NCBI GenBank assembly: GCA_900617105.1
Contig: UYFQ01000373.1
Location: 1 to 64,000 of the forward strand
Source: Hydrurus foetidus
Lineage: Eukaryota
Direction of reading: 5' to 3'
DNA length: 64,000 nt
A program made the position numbers and the translations under genes. This document shows positions 1 through 11,667 of this stretch, piece after piece. Each line of letters opens with the position of its first letter. The first letter of the stretch is position 1. The notes beneath the pieces are model-generated. The model was not told the origin of the DNA and made no database searches. It was given only the letters and a program-made list of their open reading frames with translations.

Positions 1-348
1 AAGTAAAGAAAGTAAAGTGAAGTGAAGTAAAGTGAAGTAAAGAATAGTAAAGTGAAGTAAAGAATAGTAAAGTAAAGCAAACTGAGACGAAGTGTGGTAA
101 AGGAAAGTGAATGCTTATAATAAATAAAATACTGCAAACGTCCAATTTTCACGATTGCAAGAGAAAGAATGAACCATCTCGCGAAGCAAACAGCAACGTC
201 AAATAAAACTTTTTAAGAGGCGACTGTTCATCGTTTGCTTTATATCGACTTAGCGCACTGGAAAATATTAATTATTCAGAAAATAACAATTTTTATGCGT
301 GCACGCACAGCATTCCGCAACACTGATTTTTTTTTTTAAATCTAATAA

Positions 349-534
349 TTGCGCCGGTCATAACTATACGACGAAGTGCCGCAAATAAAAACGGTTTTTT
401 GCGGAACAGTCCCCAAAACTGGATTTCTGGGAGAAAAGAAGACTATTTTCACGGTTTTGAAACAAAAATCCGTGGGCTGTTCCGCAAAAAAAAGTTTCTC
501 AAGAAAAGTAGTCGTTCAGATATGACCGGCACAA
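349..534. mobile_element. Degenerate inverted-repeat (MITE-like) element in an Hsp70 intron
   Basis: TTGCGCCGGTCATA pairs with TATGACCGGCACAA (13/14); inner TTTTTTGCGGAACAGTCCC pairs with GGGCTGTTCCGCAAAAAA. Confidence 0.6.
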
Positions 535-581
535 GAAGGAGTATTTTTAAATCGTTGTCTATCATATACGTATGTACTTAC

Positions 582-1768
582 CTAGTTGTTGTTTTTTCAG
601 ATCAGCAATGCTCATCAAAGGCGGGGAGCTTTGACTTATTGTGGTGCCTGTATTACATGTAGCATTCAATGATCGATGCACAGATATTCAGAAATTGTTG
701 TCATTTCAAATAATTAGATGCTACATCAGAATATTAGATGAGGATAAAACATTTACCTGCTCTGTACGCCGCGTCGCTAATGTCCCTCTGGGATCGTAAA
801 ATATTTTCCACTTCATCATCACTATCACTATCACTATCATTATCGTCATTCTCATTTTTTCTATTTTTTCTTTTCATACTATTACCACTATTCTTTTCAT
901 CGTTCACATCTTCACGATAATTGTCATCCGAATTTGAGTTTTTTCTATTGCTCATGCCGTCATTTCTTCGTAAGTCAACTACACCGGAATTTTCTATTTC
1001 TTCCCCACTAAAATCGTCACAATTCAACGGGAAAAAGAGGAAAAGAAAGAAAAACGAATAAGAGGAAATGTTGGAAATATGGGGGAAATAAGAAAAAAAT
1101 TATGAAAAATAAAAATAAGAAGTAGAAATGGAGATAAAAAAAGTAAAAGGGAGAGTAAGAATATAAAAAGGAAAAAAAAAGTCTTCGTATAAGAAAAAAG
1201 TAACCTGAAAAAAAGATCTTCATTTACTCCGAGCTGACCAGATTCTCCGGGTAAATTAATTCCTTATAAAAGACAAAAATAATTGTTGAGTAATCTACTT
1301 TAAATGTCAAAAAAGAGGTGCATTAAATGGTGTACTGATAAATAAGATGTTACGATGAACATTAAATAAAACAAATCAAAACATGATATAAATTATTGTG
1401 CAAATAATAATAAGAAATCAGTCGACCATTTATCTTAAATAAATTAAATTAAATACATCTATAAATCTACTTATTATTTTCATTTTCATCTTTCTAACCC
1501 GCCATAATCATTACATTCTTCTTTTTCTTCAGTAAGATCTAAAACCTCTCCATCCATCTATTTACTTATATATCTGTCAAATACTCATTAATAAATTATT
1601 CGTTGAATTTGTTTTTTTCATTTATTTTTCTTACCCGCCATAATCGCTACTTCTCTTAACGGTTTTAAAAGTCGAGTTAAAAGTTTCTTTGAAATTTGCT
1701 CGAATTTCCGCCTTCGAAAATAAATAAATAAATAAATGAATAAATAAATATATAAATAAATAAATATA

Positions 1769-1851
<83 letters not shown>

Positions 1852-1856
1852 ACAGG

Positions 1857-1888
<32 letters not shown>

Positions 1889-1892
1889 CAAA

Positions 1893-1928
<36 letters not shown>

Positions 1929-1932
1929 CAAA

Positions 1933-1963
<31 letters not shown>

Positions 1964-1964
1964 G

Positions 1965-2015
<51 letters not shown>

Positions 2016-5000
2016 ACAGAAAAAGGTAATTGAGTTGTGAGATGTGCGATAGATGAGTGACTTATTCATATCAATCAAATCACCATTTCTATAAGATAAT
2101 GCATCACTGCATGATGAAATCCAGAATATCAATGATTTATTTATCCTTAATAACGACCTTAATCAATTTGAATATGAATACGGGAAAGGTAGATAACAGG
2201 TAAGTATGTCATAACAGTGACGCATTAAAAAAATACTTGACATTTGAAATTGCCGCATGTTTTGAAGAAATAATTTCTTGTTCCACATTGTAAAGAACAG
2301 CAAAAAAAAAGCGGAATAAAGTAGAAAACAAAGCACGTAATATTCATATCACGTACGCACAAACAAAGTCACATATACACTGTTTTTAAGGATGATTTTA
2401 TATTTGTTCTATTCAATTTTATAATTCAATAATTTAATGCTCTGATTTCATTTTATTCAACTTGATTTTGCTTGACAATATTTCACCTTATTTTATTTTA
2501 ATAACGCACCTCGTGAGTACACAAGTGAGAGATGTATCTTCGTATAGAAAAGGAATGCTGATCGTTGTGTTCACATCTAGAGGAAAGGAAGCGAAGTGAA
2601 GTGAAGAAAAGTGATGATAGAAATGATAGAAATGATAGTAGATATTGATACTGACAATTAGAGTGAATGAATGAATGAATGAATGAATGAGAGAATGAAT
2701 GAATGAATGACTGACTGACTGATGATCAAAAGGATGTGTAAGTTGTTGTTAACAATGCAGTTGATGACATAAAAACAATGCGAAGATGATACAAAAAAAG
2801 AAAATGATGTGGATGATGTGTGAAACGATGTCAGCAATGTGTGGAAGTCTTTCCCATCCAACTGTATGACGTCAAATCTATCTTCACGCAATCCGTTCTA
2901 CTCTACTCTACTCTACTCTACTCTACTCTGCACTGCACTGCACTACACTGCAGTGCTCAAGTTCGCACTGTAGCTTGTTGAGTACTACTAATTGTTGTTC
3001 ACGTAATATCAACCTATTCCCCTGCTTCAAATTGTCTCTATTTATTCATCTCCATTGTATCTCTTCCAAATCAATTTACTCCAATTCAACTCCAGTCAAC
3101 TCTTCCGTACCCTTTTCAAATTCTTGTACCCCACCCTTTATTTCCTACACTACCCTAATATCATATTAAATACCATTACGTGTATACTACGTAAATGGAC
3201 CTCTTTTAATTACCTGTTGACAATGCGAATTTCGCTTTTTCGGCTGCTTCGTACAAGCGAGATGAAATCTAAAAGTAGGAAATGAAATAGAGTTATTGGT
3301 GCGTAGGAGAATTATTAAACCGTTAGTTCCTGTTACCAAAATTTAAAATATTAAAAGATAAAAATGAAAAGAACTTAATTATGTAGGTAACCAAATAGGT
3401 AACTAAATAGGTGCAATTTTGTTGAGATTTCTTAAATAAAATAAAATAGCAAAAATCACATAATTGATCATGTAAAAACATCACATCCACTTCACATAAA
3501 AAAATGCAAGTTAGGGCCAAATAAATGATAAACAAATAAGAAATGAGTTAAATAATAAATAAACAAACAAAATAGTAAATAACATTTCATTGATAATGCA
3601 AGATATTAAAAAGCATCGCATTTGCATTACCGCGGGATTTCCTATGAAAGTTTTTGCTATTTCTTTGTCGTGTATAAGAGAGTACTGCTCTATGAACCAG
3701 TCTACGATCAAAGCGTCAAAATCGTCCCCTCCTAATAGGGAGGAAAACAGGATAAAGATGTTATGAATATTTCAGTGATATATATATTATCATATACCGT
3801 AGTAGTCTCTATTCCTAAAGTATTTAATATGATGAAAAAAGTAGGAAAATAATAAGAAAAAAGAAGGTGAAACTCATTGGTGGAATAAAATACACACATG
3901 TAGAATTGTCAAAATCAATATTAAGTGTGCTCGAGATTCAGTTGATTGAGAGAGATTAAAATGAAAGCAATTAGAATTGTGATATTATAAGTATTTAAAT
4001 AGGAGATATAATTTGACTTATTTATGTGTACACACACAGTCCAGAGTTCGTTGTAAATTTTTACAATTTTGTAAAAATTTTCTCACAACACTTTCAAAAT
4101 TATTTAGTACAGATGAAGGAATGGGGGAGATGTGATTTAAAATCCTATTCGGTTATGTACATACGTATGTACGTACAGGTGTATAGTGGATACGTACTTA
4201 CCTACCTAGATGGGAATCTCCGCTGGTCGCAATTACTTCAACGAAACCGTCTCCCACCTCCAGAACTATTAATAAATCATATTTAGTCAATAAAAAGTAG
4301 AGGGCAGTTAGAATAGGGAGAAAAATATGATAATGCGGAAAAAATCACAGAAATGAGTTATGAATTATGTCGCCCTATCACGGTAAGATCGATTATTTTA
4401 CCGGACACATCGAATGTCCCCCCTCCTAAGTCGAAAACCAAAACTATCTGACGGTCTCTAAATCGGAAAGAAAGGAAAAGATGGGAGGAAAAGAACAGAT
4501 GAGGTCAGATGAAGAGAATAGGCAAGAAAGAATAAATGGGAGGGAGAAAAGATTGTCAGCAATGTAATATGAAATCATGAGTACGATCAGGCGGATAAAA
4601 CAGAAAATAAACAAATGCGGAATAAACACGATTCCATTGAGTAGGCTGAAATGAATCTAAAACAGCTCTGATCTAGCTCAAACATAATAGGTCTAAAATA
4701 GGACTAAAATAAAAATAGGCCTAAAATAGCTCTAACAGAGCCCAAACATAAGAGGTCCAACATAGCTTTAATTTAGTACCTTTGTGTGAGCCCATAAGCG
4801 AGTGCAGCCGCTTCGGGTTCTCTCAGGAGTTTAATTCTCAACAGTCCGGCAGCTTCTCCTATAGAAAAAAGAAAAAGGATAGGGGGAAGGGATAGAGAGA
4901 AATAAAAGGGAGAGAGGAAGGGAGTGGAGGGAGGAAGAGAAGGGAGGAATGAAGGAAGAAAGAAAGGGTAAGATAGGGTGTAAGAAAGGGTAAAAGGAGG

Positions 5001-7614
5001 GAGGGAAAGAGGAGGGAGGGAGGAGGAGGATGGAGGGATGGAGGGAGGGAAAGGAGGATAAGAGAGGAAGACAGGGAGGGAGGGAGGGAGGGAAGAAGGT
5101 GGATAAGGGAGTGGATGGAGGGAGGTTAAGAGAGAGGGAGGGAGGGTAAGAGCGAGATAAGAAAGGGAAGAAGAGTGAAAGGTGGAGGGAAGGAGAAGAG
5201 TAATATGAAATGGATGGAGGGTGAGAGGGAGGGAAGGAGAAGAAGTGTAACTTCCATTTGCAGTCCACAATACTTCTCATCATTTTCATATTTCTACTAA
5301 ATTTCATCTCACCTGCTTTTATAGTCGCATCGCATTGCGCGGGTGAAAAATAAGCCGGAACGGTAATTACGGCTTTCGTTATAATTTCCCCACCCAAGTA
5401 CGCACTAGCTTCTGAAACTAAATTCTTAAGAATTTCCGAAGAAACTTCTATAGGTGAGATATTTCGTACTAAATTGGGACAATTCATGTTGATATCTTCA
5501 GTTGTACCGCCTTTTTTAATATATTTTTTGTCTATTTTATGTGTGGATAATTTTTCTCCGTTTTGAGTTATTTCTTTTATTGTTCTTCCGATTATTCTTT
5601 TTACGGATGAGAATGTGTTCTTAGGATTAATGACGTACTGCCTTCTGGCTTTTTCTCCTAAGAAAAGAAATTTCATTAAAATGTTTAATTGATAACACGC
5701 ATAGGTGCATTTTAATTGATAAATACAGCTATAATAATATTAGTATTAATGACGACAATAATGGCAATAGTGATAATAATACTTATATCATCGAAAATAA
5801 TAGTACCGCTATTGAAGTTGAGAACGACAATGATGACGATAATAAACTAGCATAGAAGTACAAAGATTATTAGATTAATGGTGGTAATAATATTAGTTAT
5901 CATACAGCGAATGATATGGTTGTTATGATGGGAATATACGTGATGTATCAAATTAAGTAAAAAGTGTGATATCGATGACAGTTCACAGATTCATAAAATG
6001 AGCTGAGTCTCATCGAAACAAAATTTAAAAATAGTCTATTATAACTACTTATGTAAATATTGATACGAAAAACAAACACAGACATACGCGCATAAGCACA
6101 CACGTACGTACTTACCTATAATAACTTTTCCATTTTTATCGTATCCGACAACAGACGGAACAATTCTATTTCCACCACACGGAATAATCACAGGTTTTCC
6201 GCCTTCTATAATCGAAATTGCGGAATTTGTAGTTCCGAGATCTATGCCTGAAGAGATAAAAGAAATTTGTTTAATTAATGTCCATACTGTGATATTAAAT
6301 ATGGTAAGAGTGGTATAGCTTTAGTTGCCATACGATTACAGAACATTCCATCCATGATTTGAGTAGAATATGATTCAATGTTATCATCATTTCAAAGCAG
6401 TGGAGACATTAATGTGATGTGTCCATCGCTATCATCCTTAATAGCCATATAATATGAATACAAATATGTTCATAATATAAATGTAACGCAGAATTTAAAG
6501 ACATTGATGTGAAAGATAAAAACCATTAAATGAAGAACTGCGGGAAATAACAAAACTTTAAATCATATAAACTTTTAGATTCAATATTTTTTGTGCATTT
6601 TAGTAACTTGACTAGGGGCTCTAAATTATGTAATAAAATACTGCATTGTTCAATATTTCAGTGAGACTGCAGTTTTTCTGACAAAAAGCGTGATGTCAGT
6701 ATGATATAAAGTATCAGTATAATTTCATACATTCTAAGTACAGCATGATAAATCTGATGCAAAACTTCTCATTTAGTATCTGTGTTAAAATTATTTCTTT
6801 TACAGTCTATCACAGAATCTCAGAACAAATGAGTTTGTTCCCAACCATATATGCGTTGCATGATCCAAAAGAAGTGCTGACAATTTTGTGTAACTTGAAA
6901 GAACAGAATCTCACCTACTGATCTTCCAGCTGGAATAGGAAGTCCATTAGAATCCAGAGCAACTTCCTCACTCTTCTTCTTTGTTGTAGTTCCAGGAGAT
7001 ACTGAAGAATCTTCTTTTACTGGTGAGGATTTCTTGGGAGATTTGTTTAAAAGCATTTTTTTCTTCGTTTTTGTGGAGCTTCCTGTCTGAATTACTGCTA
7101 TGTCCTCAGAAACATTGCTTACAATAGATGGCGATATTTTCCCTTTACTTCTGCCTAAAATCTTGCTTCTGCTGAATTTGATCTTCTCAGGTAAGATAGC
7201 TTCGATAAAATCATCTTCATCGTCTTCGTCAGACAGAAGCATTTTAGTTAGAGCTGCATCTTGATTATAAGAACTAGCTGACATCCCAGATTTAGCCCAG
7301 AATAAGCGTAGCTGTTCTTCATTCAAGTAAGTCACATCTTCCTCTTCGAAATCTGAATCGCTCGTGTCCATGGTAATTCTATTCCCTGCATTCAATAAAA
7401 GCACCTTTCTGTCCCTCCTGCTCTGCGAGTATGTCTGTGAGAACTGTACTCCATTCAAACAAGCAGTGCTGCATAAGTTAGTTGGCCCCGTCGGAGGGAC
7501 TACAGTCACGCACTTTCCCCGCAAAGTTAAGGGCTTTGAAAATGATTCACTCTGCATGATCATGACCATCAGCACTGTTACTGACAGCGTTGTCATAGCT
7601 TTAATCATCGTCAT
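582..7614 (-). CDS. HSP70: Atypical Hsp70/DnaK-family chaperone, multi-exon, probable signal+transit leader; 3' part continues past the left edge
   Basis: Stitched exons (~7614-6915, 6247-6116, 5657-5313, 4857-4780, ~4457-4403, ~4266-4206, ~3731-3631, ~3269-3215, ~2576-2510, ~1711-1635, ~1262-1205, ~1027-756, 647-582) give [78 protein letters not shown] and LTRRKFE. Boundaries are GT-AG. Confidence 0.9.
1718..2016. repeat. (TAAA)n microsatellite in an Hsp70 intron
   Basis: Directly visible ~300-bp tract. Confidence 0.97.
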
Positions 7615-8036
7615 CGAGTCAAAGCTCAGAAGCCTCAAGTTTCAGAACCGACGGGGGCTCGTCATCTACACTACGGCTACAAAGATGTGAAAATCTTTCC
7701 ATTCTACGCTCAAGTTGATAATGAAGCACCCTAGAGGTGTTTAGTGGGTTGCAAGTAACCAGCTGACTCCTCTCGACTTCAAGAACACTTCTGGAAAGGG
7801 ACTTCCGGTTGATGAGGATTAAAATGAAAAGTGAAGTTAGTTGAAGTCAGTTAGTTGAAGTCATTTCACAAAATGCGTCGCAGCATGTTCCTTCCGCTTC
7901 TCTCAATCCTCAATCTCAATCCTTCCGCTGAAGACTCTCGCTGAAGATGACACAACCGCAACAATTCAAACACCATCGTTGAACAACTCATCAAATCGTA
8001 TCCTTCCACCCTTTCGCCCACAGCCCTACCTCCAAA

Positions 8037-8527
8037 ATGCCACGCGGTCAATCAGCTCCCATGTCAAGGAATATTCATCACAGCAACCTCAAAACGAAAC
8101 AAGGAAAAACCTTCGTTGCAGCAACGGCGTACAAATCAACGTCCGAGATGCGCACCCGATCGACCAGAAAGATAAAAGAGGTTGCCGACATAGTCACTGA
8201 AGACACAGTTATTGTAGGCCAAGCTCCCAAGAAAGTCAAAAAGAATCCAAAACTGGAGACGCATTTCACGATACCAAATGTTCAAGCCAATCATGACATG
8301 CTCATGTCTCACAAACTTCGCGCAGTGAGTTTAATGGACAACGTTGTCAGAGAGCTTCATACAGTTACCAAAATTAAGGTAGCCGAGCTGCTTGACAACG
8401 ACGTGCAACTTCATTATCTCATTAGAACCGTATCTCACCAGGTTCACTAACGGACATTTCCAACTGAACTTCATCAAATTAGGCTGCCGCTGTAGACGAC
8501 GAGCACGTCACTGAACTCATGGAGTAA
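8037..8527 (+). CDS. Small basic hypothetical protein (~110 aa), 2 exons (8037-8324, 8483-8527)
   Basis: ATG ORF with coding-like composition, strong donor GCA|GTGAGT and acceptor AATTAG|GCT, giving an in-frame end AAAVDDEHVTELME*. No recognised domain. Confidence 0.5.
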
Positions 8528-9266
8528 AAGCTGTCGCTCTTAAATGTACATACAGATATTTGAGTATCCAACTAGAGGGAAACCGTAACCTTGGAAAGGG
8601 TTTCATGCAATCACAAAAGCGCGTTATTTATCAACGAGTCGGCCAACAACAGGAGCAGTTTTTGTCGATATTATGCCACTCTCAATGAGAATATGCTATC
8701 AGATGGTAGGAGAAGAGAACTTGCGGAGTCACTGGCCAACCTAATTATGCAGAAACTTCCCGACACAATACCCTCTTCACTAGAACACATCCATTTTGAT
8801 AGTATCATAAATTACTTGTTTTCTTCTTCGCTCGCTTTCTTTTTGAAACCTTCCATGGGAAAAAAACAACAGTAGAATTGACTCTCCACTATTACCGGAA
8901 ACAGCGCAAATGAACTGTCAGAATTCACGGCACCCACTTCAAGGGATGCGGCCATCATAGATGTGGGCTCTATCAACGGTGTTTCGGTTGATAAATAAAA
9001 GTGAATTTGTTTAAGTAACCCAGACCGCTGCAGGGGGACTGCCTTGGACTATCAAATTAAAAAAAACATATAGTAAGAGAGTTTCTTTTCATATCTCAAA
9101 ATGTCTTAAGATCAGCAGCTAAAATACATCATCAGAATCGTAATATCTGAAAGGGCACCTAAACTTGTGCTGTAGACTGTTCTTATAGAGAGTCTCTGAA
9201 GAAGATGTGAGACAAGTCCGAAGAGGATCTCTCCTTCTCGCTGTCCTATAGCAGGATATTCGAGCG

Positions 9267-10616
9267 ATGTTCTCTGAAATGCTGCAAATGCTGCGTGCCA
9301 AACCTTTGGTAGCAAGGAAACTCGGTAAATGTGCCCTGAAGAGAGGTGGATCTCTTTGCTGGGCTGAATTCGGCGAGATCGACAGAGACAAAGTGAAGCA
9401 CACTGTACTGTACTTCCATGGTGCTCCAGGCTGCAAATTTGAGCCAGCATTACACAGCTGCACTTCGTACGATAAGAGATTGCGCTTTGATGATGCGACG
9501 ATTACCTCCAATCCGGATGACTTTCAGAATACTGACACCTCCGGAGCAAGCAGTGACATTTCAACCGAAGAGTTGGACGTCTACAAGAAGCGTGGAATAC
9601 GTTTGATATGCATCGAGAGACCCGGATTTGGGAATAGTGCGTTTTCTGCTAACAGGACGGTGGCTGACTTCGTAGACGATGTGATTGAGGTCACCAATAA
9701 CAGTGACATAAATATTAGGAGCATTGGATCTTACGGCATCAGTAAATTTTCCGCTGATACGGCTGGACATAAATCAATTTGCATAGCCTCAACTGGCAAT
9801 GAATCTCAGATGGATATCAGTGGTTGCACCAGCAGTGGAATTAAAGATGATAAGATCTATGTGATCGGTTACTCAGCAGGCGGTCCCTACGCTTTAGCAA
9901 TGCGAGCACTATTTGAAAAGAAACAGTTGCAGCTTCTGGCAGATTCACAGTCACGGAGATCTCTGCATGATGATACTGAATCTAGTGATCAAACGCAAGA
10001 TGGGAGTAACGGAATTATAAGAATAGCTGCTGTAAGTGTTATAGCGAGCAGTGTTGGTCCAGCAGATAATATTGAGTACAGAAGGTCTGTCGAAGGAAGA
10101 GTGTTAGATGCATTTTTTCGTCTCCCGACAATCCTGCAGGCATGCCTTTATTCGGGAGGAATAAATTCTTTTCTGATCGGTCTGAACGTATCAACTTATT
10201 GTCTCTCCTCGCTGAAAACACTTCAAAAAATGTATCATCAAAATGTAGGAAGTGCTTCTAAAACAGACAGTAGTGACACTTCAATTGACAAAATGATGCC
10301 AAAATTAAGAGCAATTGAAGATGTAATATCACAATCGATATCAAAATATGGCGGTCAGGCAATGGTATCAGACACCCTGGCAACACAATTTCTAGACAGA
10401 CCCTGGGGTTTTTGTTTGACCCCCACACGGGACGATACCCCGCCCCCCATTTTCTTTTTTTATTCCAAAGAGGACCAAACGGTTCCTCCCGCGTCGGGGA
10501 TATTTTTGTGCGAACGTACAATGGGCGGTGGCGAACCGATTTGGTTGAGTGGAGGTCATTCTTGTTTTATTCTTCATTTAGATACAATACTCGATAAAAT
10601 GATTGAAAATAAGTAA
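9267..10616 (+). CDS. Alpha/beta-fold hydrolase, apparently intronless
   Basis: 449-aa ORF with VLYFHGAPG, RLICIERPGFGNS, nucleophile elbow GYSAGG(PYALA), acid-residue motif EDQTVP and C-terminal GGH. Confidence 0.88.
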   Translation: MFSEMLQMLRAKPLVARKLGKCALKRGGSLCWAEFGEIDRDKVKHTVLYFHGAPGCKFEPALHSCTSYDKRLRFDDATITSNPDDFQNTDTSGASSDISTEELDVYKKRGIRLICIERPGFGNSAFSANRTVADFVDDVIEVTNNSDINIRSIGSYGISKFSADTAGHKSICIASTGNESQMDISGCTSSGIKDDKIYVIGYSAGGPYALAMRALFEKKQLQLLADSQSRRSLHDDTESSDQTQDGSNGIIRIAAVSVIASSVGPADNIEYRRSVEGRVLDAFFRLPTILQACLYSGGINSFLIGLNVSTYCLSSLKTLQKMYHQNVGSASKTDSSDTSIDKMMPKLRAIEDVISQSISKYGGQAMVSDTLATQFLDRPWGFCLTPTRDDTPPPIFFFYSKEDQTVPPASGIFLCERTMGGGEPIWLSGGHSCFILHLDTILDKMIENK

Positions 10617-11667
10617 AAAAAATCACATCTGACGATTGACAAAAACTAATCAATAATTCAATAGCAAGCACTATATGTTCGATACTCGTCAATTATGTTC
10701 AGTGTATTTGAGAATTTTGAAATATGATTCCATGAAGGAAAAGGACTTTTAAACACATCATGCGATAGATGTGTCGTACGTCACCGTGTAAGATATGCTT
10801 GAATTTCATGCGACATTTCGTACAATAAGATATGAAAAATCGTTCACATACAACTCTTCCTTATTTGGTACATTGAAAAAGTGACTGATTTGCACACGGA
10901 AAAAAAGCAAGTAATTCGTCAAGAATGTAACGGGTTAATTTGCCGTATTAGACCGTATCAAAACGAAACCACGAAGATTGGATAATGATCACATCTCCTG
11001 TTCAAAACGGTAGTGCAATCTATGGCGGATAAAAAGACATCACATACGTGCGTATGTTTACACGTACGTACCACTATAGAAAGGTCAACCGGACATAATT
11101 TTCAAAACGCTTATTCTAAAAAGTAAAAAGGACAATATGAGTTACTGGGACAGAACAAATTGTCCGAAACAAAGAACGTAGACAGATTTGAGCACTGTTG
11201 AAATCGCTACTTCATTTTCACCTTGGATTCGTTCATATTCCCGGACATTGTATTCTGTCCTGGTAGTACAGAAATACGAGTTCTTAATTCAATTCTTGAT
11301 TCTTTTATGTTCGATCTGCCTCATAGGTGATAATCTCTTAAGTGTCTCCAAGACCAGTGTTGACAGTCGATAAAAAGATAGCTTCTCATTTTTCGTATAG
11401 AAAGATAAATAAGAAGTTGCACGAAATATTTGTTTACAAATAAGTAATCCAAAACAGTAAATAATAATATTCATGTAAGTGGCACTTTCGTACTATGAAA
11501 TGCGTCCTTTAAGAACATTCATCAGAATACGATATATGATGTACGAAGTAACATTATCATATAAATAAAAATAACATTTCTCGGTATGACATGACATATC
11601 AAAACATAACATAACCTTAATATCCGAAAATTGTAAACTTCAATGTACATGACATAATCACGTTATA

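Noticed and set aside
1631..2132. Poly-IYLF ORFs
   Set aside because: Translations of the (TAAA)n microsatellite; only ~1635-1711 is a real Hsp70 exon, in a different frame.
4686..4770. Short tandem repeats (TAGGNCTAAAA; also ~15-bp units at 46780-46830) as CRISPR-like arrays
   Set aside because: No unique spacers; degenerate intronic minisatellites in eukaryotic DNA.
8591..8875. 94-aa ORF
   Set aside because: Non-ATG start and no motifs; likely UTR or intergenic.
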